This document shows positions 35,117 through 47,683 of a stretch of DNA of 55,856 nucleotides, in pieces. This DNA comes from Asterionella formosa. Its lineage: Eukaryota. Every line of letters starts with the position of its first letter. Position 1 is the first letter of the stretch. The stretch spans positions 1 to 55,856 of the forward strand of contig NKIB01013534.1 in assembly GCA_002256025.1 (NCBI GenBank), in the 5' to 3' direction. The position numbers were made by a program, and so were the translations under genes. The notes under the pieces are model-generated. The model was not told where the DNA came from, searched no databases, and saw nothing but the letters and a program-made list of their open reading frames with translations.

Positions 35117-36700
35117 TGGCGCCTACTCTAGCGCGCTACAGTACCTGGTACTGCCCTGGAATGACCGGTCAAGATCTTTCTCACGCCGCTCGTCTGCAGA
35201 TTCTTCTGCTATATTTTAGACACTCCTAAGACTACCTAGTCTTCGGACACCTGTCGACATCAACAGCCTAACAGACATACTCTGACACCCTCCCCTGTTG
35301 ATGCTCGACACACCACATCATCCTAATGTGTATGCTCGACACATCCTTTCCTACAGGAATTCTCATAGTGCCCTCTCGTTTTCTTCGTCTTTGTTTTTCT
35401 TTTTCTTTTTTTCTTTTTAGGACTCGAACTATCAACCTCTGGTTTTCACGTATATATCCTTGTACCACTTGTACTAACGAGCCCGCTGCCATGTTGAAAT
35501 ATATGTGCCAATATGGCGCCTACTCTATCGCGCTCCAGTACTGCCCTGGAATGACCGGTCAAGATCTTTCTCATGCCGCTCGTCTGCAGATTCTTCTGCT
35601 ATATAAATCCTGTCTATTTCTGTTTAGACACTCCTCAGATAAGTCAGTGCAGATTCTTTCAATAAGCTGGGGTATGAGTGGACCAAAAGAGTTTATTGGG
35701 TAATGAGTTGCTGCTTTGAATCAGTACAATGAAATATGCATTTAGATACCTTGTTGAGCACGAGTCGGAGTATTCCATCCATCATTGTCAAGTTCCGGGT
35801 TGACCTTGATGTATGGCTTGGTCTGTCTAGTGATTTGATTTGAGTAAAGTATAAAGGCATGAGAGCAACCAACAGCATTTAGATGTGATCAGCAAGATGT
35901 CACAGATAGAATGGGTTTTCTATGGTTGTGGTTGGAAAGGATAATGACATAAAAATCTTGGAAAAAAGTGGCACATACACATGTAGGGGCGAACCAGCTA
36001 GGAGTAGCCTCCAATAGCTTTTTTTCTTCAAGGCATGAATATGAGACCCATGTTGCTACTAGATGTCAAAAGCATTCTGTAAAGCGACTAAAACAATGCA
36101 GAATTACATTCGAAAGAATCCAAGCATGTGCCCAATGATACTGGGTGGTATTATGTTATGATAGGGTGGCTCATAAACTGTTGGAAACATGTTCACCTGG
36201 TACATGAAGAGGAGATCATTCGAAAACAGGTAAAAGAACAGTCTTGATCAGAAGAGTATAATGGGCAAGCAAATGCAACAAATGGCGAAGAACATGTTGA
36301 ATCGCCCTCTGACCACCTTGAAAAGCATGAGCCACAAATACCATTCATCGTTATAGACTAGGACATCACAGGTAGTGACTCGCAAATGATTGCGTTCATG
36401 TCTAGTTATCGAAAACGATGGAGCTAGCTATCGGCCTCAAGCACCAGTTTGGCAGCTCCAGCTTCAGAATAAAATCTCTATGGCTGATGAAAAAGGCTTT
36501 GTGTTTGTTGTCTGGAGCAGAAAACAACAATTGTGTGTCAGCTGACAATAAGGAACTCTTTGAGCTTGGAGAAGGACAACTAAGAAGAGCTTCGTCTGCA
36601 CAACAATAGGCAATGGCAAAATTAAGCATGTTGTAGTTCATGGAAAGCAAACCTAGGGTAGGTGGCAGATATATTGAGGTGCAACCTAGGGGTCATAAAT
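35117..36700 (-). mobile_element. Decayed copia-like remnant with two short LTR-like copies (35492-35630 and truncated 35117-35222)
   Basis: ~110-bp direct repeat. On the minus strand each copy begins TGTCTAAA right after a purine run (GAGGAG / TAGGAG). The longer copy ends TTTCAACA and is followed by PBS-like TGGCAGCGG. RNase H-end-like remnant TSRSTRNL…IFHCTDSKQQL at 35693-35878. Confidence 0.6.
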
Positions 36701-37112
36701 AGAATCTAGTTGAAATTAATCAGTTCACAAAAATGAATCAAACTACATGTAGTGAAAGAAATGACAAAGTGCCTATGAGGAAGAGTGCCAAACAAGAAAA
36801 AATGATAATGTGTGCAGATTCTCATCAATCATTTAATTAAATCTGGTTTGCAAGATAAATCACCTTATGCAGTGGAACTGGTTTTGAACTATACTATACC
36901 TGTGTGTAGCATTCTTCTCGTCTTATTGACACAATTGGTTCTACAGCCGGTAGCAGAGCAACCTGTGCTTTCAACAAAGCAACCACGCACGCACCAGCCA
37001 TTATATTGGATTGCAGGCTTGTTTGCTGGAAGCGTATTACCAGTAGCTGGTTGGGGTGCCATAGGAATAATTCCGTGTAATATAACCATCATGCATACCG
37101 GTAAGTGGACTA

Positions 37113-37208
37113 CCTGCAGGTTGCGGTAATTATGAATAAACGAAAAGTTTAGCTTTTTTAATCCCATATTAAGTTGTTTATTCAAGCAAAATGACCGCAA
37201 CTTGCTGG
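37113..37208. mobile_element. ~95-bp MITE family A
   Basis: ta|cctgcaggttgcggtaatt…gcaaaatgaccgcaacttgctgg. Confidence 0.8.
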
Positions 37209-37856
37209 GACCAGGTACGGAGTACCTGGCATGGTATCTGGTACCTGAGGATTGGAGTATCAGGTGTAGTACATGGCACCATGTACTGCACCCTTTCCCT
37301 GGTGCAAAGCTACCAGTACCACTGCTACCTGGTAGTCAGAATGTATGAGTGACGTGTTGGCATCAGCTGAAATCTGTGGATTGAGTGACTCATCACTCAT
37401 TCTTGATCGTAACTACACATTATGTATGTAAGATCATCGCCATTTGCTCCTTCTTTGCTATCACAGGTATGACCTACTAAATGTAATAGTAATGGTCGAT
37501 AATTGTACCTGGTGCCAGATACCAGGGTACACTGCATGTAGGATACCTCGGTCTCCATCATGCTGGGACTCTGAATGCGATGGTCGTCACTGATGATACT
37601 CCATACCGAGGGAAATCATACCACCCTATTAAACCATCTGCCTTTGTTTACCAGGATACCCACCGATTCTGCTCATTCACGTACTGCTGGTAGTTTCAAT
37701 TTTAGCCTTTCTAGACCGGTGATAGTTGTGTGCCACTACCTGGTACTGCGATAATTAACGGACTCTCGGGTTTCCAAGCGCCAACAGCTCTACCCGGCAG
37801 CAAAAGCCAATTATTTTGGAAAGATCCTCGTGGTTGGGTTCAAGACCGCAAGAAAG

Positions 37857-39974
37857 ATGAAGCTCTTTCCTGCTGTCGCCTGTATCTTGATGATGTTGAC
37901 GTCTCCAATCGCCTCGTTCTCGAACTCAAATTTGAATTCGCTTACTCTGGTTGCGAACTTTGCCCTAAAAGCAACTCCTTCTTCTCCCGAAACATTGGAA
38001 CTTACCAAGTCTCGCACTCAGCGTATCATGGAGAATACCCTCTCGGAAGGACAGTAAGTATCATTACTGACTTTTCGTTTGTCTCTTAACTCGCTACGCC
38101 ATGGGTCGTCTTGTCTCACATATGCTTAACTCGATCCGATTCAATATGACGACTCTAGAACTGGAGGAGCTGGTGGGTCATCAACATACGATGCGTTTCT
38201 TCGAGTGGAACAGAATTGGGCTAGTCTCAAGGGATTCAAAGCCTTTTCCTACGATCCAAAGCTTCTAAACAAAGTACAGGATGGAATCCCTCCTCCTCCT
38301 CAGTTTGTTACAGAAGATGGTGCTGTAGGTAATCCACAATGCTGGGCGAAGCTTCGAAAACAGCAGGAAACTCGCCTTGACTACGATGTGGCCATTTGCG
38401 GTGGAACTCTTGGTATATTTTTTGGCACTGCTCTTGCTCTTCGTGGGCACAAAGTGTGCGTGGTGGAGGCAGGGCAGCTCAGGGGTAGAGAGCAGGAATG
38501 GAATATTTCAATGAAAGAATTAGAAGAGCTTCTGGAATTGGGGGTGTTGTCACAGGAAGATATTGATGCCGCAGTCACCACTGAATTCCCAGCATGTCGA
38601 TCTGGGTTTAAAAACAAGGAAGTTACCCCACTCAAGGGAGGCTATTTTGAGAATGACGTTGGTTATGAATGTGTGACCCCAAATGTCCTCAATTTAGGTG
38701 TTGCTCCTGCTGTTTTGCTCGAGCGTGTCAAGCAGCGTTTCACTGGCATTGGAGGAGTTGTCATGGAACAGACCATGCTCCAAGGAGTTTGTATATCGGT
38801 CTCGCTAGGATCCGCTTTGGACTTTGGCGAAAACATAGAACCAGTCACCGCAAAAATTGTGTTGGACTGTATGGGCAATGCATCACCCATTTCAAGGCAA
38901 CAGCGATATGGAATGAAACCAGATGGAGTTTGCGCTGTTGTTGGATCCTGCGCTTCCGGATATGAAAAGGAGACCAATTTGATCGGTGATATTATCTACA
39001 CCAATACCGAAATTCAAGATAAGGGGAAAGAGGGCAAGCTCCAGTACTTCTGGGAGGCTTTTCCTGTTGGCATCGGGCGGAACGGGAAAGCACCAGGTAC
39101 GAGTGATGTAAAGACTACTTACATGTTTACATACATGGATGCCGACGAAAATCGTCCTTCTCTGGAGACTCTCATGAATGACTATTGGAATCTCCTCCCC
39201 AAGTATCAGCAATCAATTCAAAATCCCGAAGAAGATTTGAACGTAAAAAGAGTGCTCTTCGCATATTTCCCAACTTACAGAGACTCTCCCTTGAAGCCGC
39301 AATGGAGCCGAGTACTTGCTGTGGGAGATGCATCTGGTATTCAAAGCCCCCTTAGTTTTGGGGGATTTGGTGCTTTGACGAGACACCTTGGTCGCATAAC
39401 TGGGGCTGTCTCAGAGGCAATAGAAAGTGAGTGTCTTCACAAGGATGACCTTGGCGAGATAAATGCTTATACCCCGAACCTAAGCGCAGCGTGGATGTGA
39501 GTTTTGCATGTTTGAGATAATGATTGTTTATGTCAACTGCTAACATAGTTCTAAAGGTTCCAGAAGGCTATGTCAGTCAAAGTTGGGCAAGATGTAGACC
39601 CAAAGTTTGTTAACCGACTATTGGCTACAAATTTTCAGATCATGGACGACATGGGAGAGCGCACCATAATGCCCTTCTTGCAGGATGTTGTACGCTTTGA
39701 TGGCTTAGTGGGGAGTTTGGCACGAAGTTTTGCAGCTGACCCGTCGTTCATGCCCCAAATTGTTGCTCATGTAGGCCTTCCTTCGTTGATAGATTGGTTG
39801 GGTCATCTCGGGGCCATGGGTTTGTACACTGCTCTTCATGCGGGCGTTTCTCCCTTGATTGAACCATTTGTAAATAAAGCCAAGGATCCACGCCAGCGAT
39901 TTCGTTGGCGACGTCGAATGGAAGCATGGAAATTTGGATCTGGGGCTGATTACATCTTGCAGGCTAAAGAGTAG
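37857..39974 (+). CDS. cruP: CruP/CruA-type FAD-dependent lycopene cyclase family protein, plastid-targeted (exons 37857-38053, 38159-39496, 39557-39974)
   Basis: YDVAICGGTLG, LRGREQEWNIS, QYFWEAFP, GDASGIQSPLSFGGFGALTRHL, FLQDVV and WKFGSGADY motifs; signal peptide PIAS-F; two GT-AG introns join in frame. Confidence 0.85.
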
Positions 39975-40068
39975 CTTTGAGTGGAATGCAGAAAATAAGG
40001 CATACAAACAGGCTGACGAAACAAGTCAATCTCTAGTGTCAATTCAAGATTAGCAATAATTAATAGCC

Positions 40069-41583
40069 TTAATTCTTTCCAGATTTTCCTTTGTTCTTGT
40101 CCTTTGTTGGTTGGATTCGCTCTGAACCCCATCCTGGGCATACTGTTTCAAGGAGGTTTGAATGATCATCGACCCAAAGAAGGAGTTTGACTACCTGTAG
40201 GGGTGTTAGAATTTCTTGGCATTTGGACATGCGATCATGGAAAACTTTTTGCTTGTGCTCGCAGAGACTCTTCAACCTCTCTAACAGACCCAAACACTCC
40301 TTGAGGTTGGCACTTAAATCCCGGATCTTTTGTCGTTGTTCCAAGATCTTCCGTCCTTGCTGAGGATTGATACCAAGCTCCTTGCTAAGGATGCTTGCTA
40401 TAGGATTCCGTTTCAGGTCAGTATAGAAGCCTTCATTTTGTCCAAGAGTCCACAATCCCATCTTTGTGAAGTTAGTGGGTGCCGCTAGCCTTTCCAGTTG
40501 TTCCAAGTGAAACGTGAGCTCTTGATGTCGATGACTGCCGTAGTCCGAATACATTTGACTGAATTTCGATAGAAGTGGATTGAGCTTCTCTGGTCCAGCG
40601 TCTTCTTGGATGAGTCTCTTCATTTCTGTTTCGGCTTCCTTTCGCTCTTGATCAAACTTTTGTGACTTGTTGGCGATTGTGTCTAAATGACGTTTGAGCA
40701 TTTCATTTTCAGACTTGAGGGATGCAAGTTTCGACTCGCAGTCTGATAATCGAGGCTTTTTTCTTCGCTTACTATGAAGTGGAGCTTTCGCAGCATCCAA
40801 ACTGTCAGCTTGGTTCCGTTTTCTTGTTTCTGAAGCAGTAATCATCGCGGCATCAGCAGTGTCGCTTAGGTGTTGAACAATGGAATCAATTGATTTCGGG
40901 GACGTCTCGGGACTTGACGATCCCTCAAAACCATTCAAGTCTTCCGTGGGACTGGGGCTCTCCCCGCAGAATTTTTCTGCTTCTTTTGCTTCCACTTGCT
41001 GTGTCAGGGACGAAAGAACGTTCTGAGGCAACGATATTCCCAAGCGAGATGCCAACGTTGCAAACTGAGAAACAAGCTGTTTGGCTCGCTCTTGCGGCAT
41101 TCTCGACGTTTCTGGTGCGTTTTGAGGTTGACGAAATGTCTGTTGAGTCAGTTCGCCAATTGCCGATCTACTGCTTTGATTGGCATATGAAGGTGACTCT
41201 GAAGCCGACGAAGTAATCACAGCAGGGGCGACCGCCGTGCCAGGTAGCTTGCGTGTCGTCACTGGACCGAACGGCCTTGAAGAGACCCCAAAGTCTTGCA
41301 AAAGATCCGTTTCCGCCAAAGTATTGGCATCCCGTTCATACATGATATTGGTTTGACTTTGACTTCGAGAATGCCCAGCTTGTGGTTGATATCCATTCGA
41401 GGTACCAACATTCAAAGTGCTATCTGCAGCCAGTGCGCTCATGAAGTCGGGAGATAGGAAAGATGACTCATCTAGAAGCATCATCTCGTTATAGAAGAGG
41501 CTTTCTAGGAGAGTGTGGTCTAGGCTAGCAGCGGCGTCACTATCATTATCGCCATTCATGCTTGTTGTTTCAGGATCTGACAT
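40069..41583 (-). CDS. bZIP-like transcription factor with a DOG1-like C-terminal helical domain
   Basis: Likely start MSDPET at 41583. KRRKKPR is followed by a heptad zipper (L..C..L..L..L), and C-terminal LTPLQVVKLLLWV resembles the DOG1/TGA tail. Confidence 0.7.
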   Translation of the reverse strand: MSDPETTSMNGDNDSDAAASLDHTLLESLFYNEMMLLDESSFLSPDFMSALAADSTLNVGTSNGYQPQAGHSRSQSQTNIMYERDANTLAETDLLQDFGVSSRPFGPVTTRKLPGTAVAPAVITSSASESPSYANQSSRSAIGELTQQTFRQPQNAPETSRMPQERAKQLVSQFATLASRLGISLPQNVLSSLTQQVEAKEAEKFCGESPSPTEDLNGFEGSSSPETSPKSIDSIVQHLSDTADAAMITASETRKRNQADSLDAAKAPLHSKRRKKPRLSDCESKLASLKSENEMLKRHLDTIANKSQKFDQERKEAETEMKRLIQEDAGPEKLNPLLSKFSQMYSDYGSHRHQELTFHLEQLERLAAPTNFTKMGLWTLGQNEGFYTDLKRNPIASILSKELGINPQQGRKILEQRQKIRDLSANLKECLGLLERLKSLCEHKQKVFHDRMSKCQEILTPLQVVKLLLWVDDHSNLLETVCPGWGSERIQPTKDKNKGKSGKN

Positions 41584-42161
41584 CGTCAAAAATGTTGATT
41601 TGTTTCTTTTGTACATCAATACACGTGGTATGATGTAGCTAAAATATGAGTCCTCTATTGGGACAAGCGCTATACCCATAGTATACCAGGTACTCCTACC
41701 AACCACTGTACCATGCTGTCGTGCAAACTACCGGTACCAGGTACCTTGTACCAGCTAGTCAGTCTATAAGGAGAAAAACACCAGCATCTATACGGTAGAC
41801 CACTACATACTAAATACTACCTGCTACCTGGTACCAGCACTGGTAACACACAACGAAATGTACTACCTAGTCTACCGGTACCTAAAGCTATGTAGTTTTG
41901 TACTCGGAGCCTTGTATCTGGTACCGGTACCAGGTATGTCTGCCTTTATCCTCTTACCGGTATGTATTCTTAGTTAGGCAAAGTCTCCAATGATATGCAA
42001 CTAAACTTGGTCGTATGCATGACTGCCTTGTTAGAAAACACCCCTGCCAGCAGCATGCTATGCACTTCGAATCACCATTACCGGTACCAGGTAGCCAAGT
42101 TCAAACAACAGTACCTGGTACACTAGGTACCAGGTACCTCTCGTTTTCCACAGTAATGCAA

Positions 42162-42448
42162 TGTTGTCAGTACTGACTGACGGACTGACGGCTTACGGGG
42201 ATGAAGCGAAGCATCGCCGTCATCATCCCCGTGGTGGCTGTGAAGGATATATAAATCAAGCAGCAAGGAGCAGGAGAGGAGCGAAGGCGATCAAAGAAGA
42301 GCAAAATTCAAATAGCGGTCGTGGTACGCACTGCTTGCCAAAGTGGAAGGCGTCATTACCGTACCCAGGCTCTCACATACCGTAAAACCCGGTGTCTTGT
42401 ATCCACCCATACATAGTCCTTTACCCCCTTTGTACATCTGGCACAACA
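42162..42448. mobile_element. Isolated LTR-like sequence (287 bp)
   Basis: TGTTGT…ACAACA inverted ends, internal TATATAAA (~42248) and a 10-bp stem acggggatga/tcatccccgt; flanks do not form a TSD. Confidence 0.5.
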
Positions 42449-43340
42449 CTCCCAAATGTTTTATGTATACAGAGAAAAAAATAACAGCATTTAATTGTAT
42501 TCCATCAATTTGTTAATAAAATTGTACTATAATTGTATTCTTACTGGTCACCATCATGAAACAACAATCAACCACAACACAAGCGATGCCTATGACATTT
42601 GTAATGGCAATATCCTTGGCCAGAGATCTATTTCAACAGTCGAAGCTGCACATGCAAGCTTGTTGTGGTACGATTGTCAAGCTGAATGCTACAGGCTCAG
42701 GCAGTGCTAGCCTTGATGTTTTAGGGGTGTGTGGCAGAAAACAAAAACCGCTCTAAGGCCATCCGGGGGGAGCAGGTGTGACTTCACAACCTCCACAAAT
42801 GTCGAGTTCTTTAACAATACTGTACTATAAAATTTACTTAATAATTCTTTTTAATGAATGAGAGGATGCATTGCAATGCAATATTAAATCTTAAATATTT
42901 TACTTTGTTAAATTTATATACTGTAACATAAAGGTAATCAAAAATATTTGTTGCATACAAAAGCAGCTAACACAAATATTTTATATTAAATCACAGAAAC
43001 CAATTGTTCTCATAGTTTTGGCACAAATTTACTTGTGCTTTCAAATTGCTCCCAGTAATAACATTAAAGTGAATGTAAATAACACAATAGTAAAAAATTT
43101 CTTCAGTACTCTCTCATGAACTATATAGTTAAGTAAGTTAATAGGGGGATGATGGAATCTGAAATTTAGTTCCTGACACTTCATGACAGCTTTAAATGCT
43201 TGCAGCATTTAGTTAAGCAATCAAAAAAATACTTTCTTCGCTTGCTTGCAGTGGGCGAAAGATGAAATACGGATTTTCGATACATGACCATGACTCGCAT
43301 TGAAATAGTGGGCGAGACGCCGAGACCTACTTGTGACGAA

Positions 43341-43951
43341 CTAAAATCCTAATCCACCAAGCCATTGCGTAACATCCCTCACTCGGTTTCCGTCAACCTC
43401 AACAGTACCTCCAGCTTGGATTCGAATAATGTCATCTCTTTCATTCTTGGGTACTGGAATGTTCAAAACTGATCTCAGCTCTGCCAAGAAAGCCTCCCTA
43501 TCTCCAGTGATTCGCTTGATTCTAGTGATAACTTTCGTTCCATCTTTGCTGAGACGAGAGGAGTGCATGTCAGAGTTTGCAGCCAGAAAATAATCCCGGT
43601 ACCTGGTACCTGATACTGTACTCACCGGTATTTCGTATAGACCGGAAGAAAGCCGACTGCGTCGTTCGGCTTATTTTTCGTCCTGCCCACAGCGAATGGA
43701 TACGTTGGAACCAGTTCGGCAGGTGCCGGAGCGCACCATCCATTCGGCAGAAAATTCGGCTGAAAAATAGCGTCATATTTCGGAGGATCTAGGGGTAAAG
43801 GGGAATGATCGATTCCCTGTCGAGCCTCAATTCTTTTTCTGGCTGGATTGTTTTTGAACAGCCGCTTCAATTGGGTATTTGAATGCTTCCATCGTGCCCC
43901 AATAAAAGGTGCAAGCGCGACGCATTTGAGGCTAAAAAAAGCAGACAGCAT
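43341..43951 (-). CDS. MRPL49: Mitochondrial ribosomal protein mL49/Img2 (exons 43951-43626, 43548-43341)
   Basis: FAVGRT…LPVYTKYR|KDGTKVITRIKRITGD…VTQWLGGLGF* is the L49/Img2 signature; a 77-nt GT-AG intron joins in frame. Confidence 0.9.
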
Positions 43952-46900
43952 ATTTGATGTGACCTTAGTAGAGATCAGGTGTAATGAAAGGAAGGGACAA
44001 GAGAGTGACGACGAGAGAACTGAATACTACAGAGAGTGACTTTTACACTTTTTGTACATGTATCGAGCACCTGAGGTATGTAACCCTTACCTGGTACAAG
44101 GTACAAACAAAGAATGGTGCCGGCATGTATTTTTGTATAGTAAGTAATGTTACGAACAGTTCCTATGGGCGGCTGTATGATACATACGATAGTATTGCTG
44201 CGGTGTTGGCTGTCGATGCGTCGGTCCGTCGTTGGTGCCATTAGCATTACCATTCTTGGTGAGTTTTCTCGTGTGCGCATTAATGGCCTCATGCCTGCAA
44301 GGACACGTGTACCGGTATACGAGAAGGCATGATGCCGCCGAGAACGAATTTGTTGAGGTACGAAAAATTCACAACCTAGCCACATGGAGCACTTGTCGTT
44401 ATGGATAGGATTCGGATGCCAGGGCAATAGTTTTTCAAAAGTTGTCATGCATAACTAGATATGGCTAAATAAATAGTTTGTCTCCTACTACACCATGCTA
44501 ATGGAAAATTACCCCTCTGTAGCTCTTGCCTGATCGGCCATTTGGATGGGTGAGAAACACCAGCCAACGTGTAAATTTTATTGTTGCATCATTGGCATCA
44601 AGCAACAAAAACAAAAATACTTTGCTGCATGTAATCCCAACATGCCTACTCCATCCAATCTTCTGGTAGAGTTGTGATATTACACAGCAGCTGTTTCGAG
44701 GATAGGCAGACGAGGAGCTTGGGTGGAGGCCTGCTTGTCAGAAAACCAAAGATTGCGGAGGAGAAGATAAGCCCATTGCAGCTGGTTTCAGATTACTCAC
44801 AATCCCTGGCGCCTTCATTGTTGATTGTCAACTGTCATTGCTGAAATATCCTCTTATGATATGCATGTCTTCTTTCATTAACCTCCTGAAGTACTAGGCT
44901 CAATTTGTGATTTAGTGCAACATGAATACATACAGAAGGCATGAAGAGGAAATAATCTTGGCAATAGAGACTTGGGTGTATCTTTGATCCATCATCATGG
45001 TCAGAAGCAGACTGGAGCGGCGATTCAGGATTGCTGTATGGGAAGGAGGCTGTTTGGTGCAGGTGGATACACTTGGAAGTAAAGTTGCCTCCTGTCCAAT
45101 GAAGTGTCCAGCCAGCCATATCCAACAATCTTCTAATGTCACTAGCTATTTGTTATTAGGACAAACTATTCACTCTATATCATGTTCATAGAAAATGAAT
45201 AAACAAATATAGACTTTAAAGTATTTATCAATGCATCTACTGCTCCTTGATTCTCAACAGTAGTCTAGCTGTATTGTTTGTTATCATAAGTAAGAGCAAC
45301 CATGATGGACCTTTCAATTTGTTGCAACAGACAGGTACACAAGTCACAATGATGGTACCACCAACTTTGGCGGTTCCGCCATAAAAGGAGGGGGGGGGGT
45401 CGTGAAAAGATAAAAATTATCGAAACGAAAATAAAAAATTCCTTAAAAAACCATTGGCCTACATGAAATTCCCGTAGACGACATACCAGAGCAAAATTTC
45501 CATCCATAACAAGGACTACTTCATGTATCACATAGAAATTTGCAATGGGTCCGATATTGCCCATCATTGAAATAAAGAAACTCAAAGCTTTTTATCATAC
45601 CAGGTACTCCCTCTGGACGACCAGATACTACCAGGTACCATGATACAATCTAGCGCCAATTAGTACTGTTCAAATTAAATATTCAAATAGACATTCAAAT
45701 CATGATGGGAATTCAGAGAAACAAACTCCCTGTTCCAAGCCAATTTTACAACCCTAGCGATGTTTTACTCCAAGCTAGGGCTTAGGCGGGGCCGCAACTT
45801 TAAAACAAAAGATGCATCTAAAGCTACTCAAGGTGGGTATTGAAGAGGAATCATCAGGAGTGCATTTGCCGACGTTCGATGGTATCGATGCCAAGTGGCA
45901 ATTTTGTAAAGCGAAGTTTGTAGCCTATGCCTACTACAAGGCTTTGAAGGAATCCTAAGTGGAGATGAAGTATCACCAGTCGCGAAGGACTCAGTCGGGG
46001 TGAAGATTGTCCTGAGTGACAATGATGAGAAGCGGGCAAGACGAAATAATGTGGTTGCCTACGCAAGTTTAATTATGGCATGTCAGAGTGAACCACTTGG
46101 ATATGTAAATGGTGCCAGAAGTGCAGGGTTCCCCAAGCAATGATTTGCAAAAGGAGTGTTGAACTTAAGCTATGTATTATGTGAAGTGACCTTTACGTAA
46201 ATAAGCCTAGTTGGTTTCAAATGGATCACATGAATGAGTTGAATACATCAAAATGCTTACTTGAATATCTATATATTATCTGAATACATCAAGTTAATCA
46301 TTTGATCAGAGTATCATGCATGCATTCCTGATCATCACAATATTACGTGATCACCCCCTTCACGTAATTATTTGAAATATTTCACATAATTATTTGAAAT
46401 ACTTCAATTAATTCTGTAATTTAGTTCACATTGCCTTATAATTTTGTTCACGTAATTCTATAATATAGTTCACATAATGTATTAAATATGTTAACGTACT
46501 TCAAAAGTACTATCAAATAACAATGTTGATTCCTAATTCAACTACCGGTATTTCACATTACTACATGGGAAACAAATCTCGATATACAATCAAACAAAGA
46601 AGCTGTTCAATCAGAATGGAATCTTCAGTCTTGAGAAGGCATGCATTATGGGACATCTGTAAGGACATTGCAAGACGAAGAGAAGCCATACATTCAGAAG
46701 GGAAAAATTATTCACTCTTGATCAGGCATCATTGTACGAAGTTGCAACATGAATGCATCACACACTGGCTTCCTTCTTGTCCTTGGAATGACTTCTTCAT
46801 TGATCTGCAAAGATTTACATAACAACAGAGTGTCAGTAATACATATGACAGAACTAGCAACAGCAGAAAGCAACACACACATGTAGTAGTATTCAACTGT

Positions 46901-47683
46901 TCCTTAGGGCAGTCGAATTGAAACAACAAACCGGCAACAACCAGGCAGCACCACACCTCACTGATGCGTTCAAAAGAATGCTCCGGTTGTGAAATGGACG
47001 GCTAAAATGTTAAATAAATGTAGACAACAATAACAGAACCATGTGATTTATGGCTTGCTTTGCTGATACAATGACAAAAACTGAAGATTGAGCTTACCTT
47101 AAAGGCCTCCATTGCGGGTCTCCATTTTGTATCATTTCACCCTCTATCACTCATGCTTTCCAAAGAACACTCCTTTTCTGAAAAGTCCTGTTCAAATGTC
47201 AAATGAATTTTGAAAACAACAGCCAGCATATCAGTATGAGTTATCCTTTGCTTGGTGATATGATAGCAAAAATAGTAAGCAAATAAATCTTACCTTAAAA
47301 GCAACGATTGCTTACGATCTCAATGTTGCATCATTCCTTCTTCTGTTGTTGCAACAAACAATGCATATGTGAGTTCTTGGCTGATGAAGGATTTGTTAAT
47401 GGTGAGGCGCTGAAATGCTAGAAGGGGGATGCTAGTCTTAAGGGTTGTCCCCATGTTGAAAACATATTGTGCACAGTGGTGGTTAAATGTTGTCTTTATG
47501 AAGTCAGAGGGATCAAAAATCCTGGCGCAGCCATGACTTCCTCTTTGTACCAACAGAACCTACAATCTACACGAAAAAACCTGGCGCAGTCTTACTTCGT
47601 CGGGACAAATTCTGATGCTACAAGTGTGACCTAAAACAAATATGACAAGAAGGAGAGGACAGAGCCAATGGTTACTCTTAATA

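Noticed and set aside
41584..41706. N-terminal extension of the bZIP ORF (likewise the GTG/TTG starts at 8334 and 25915)
   Set aside because: Non-ATG starts are unlikely in a eukaryote and the 41706 start lies in footprint-rich promoter DNA. The ATG at 41583 has a better context, but upstream in-frame ATGs are not excluded.
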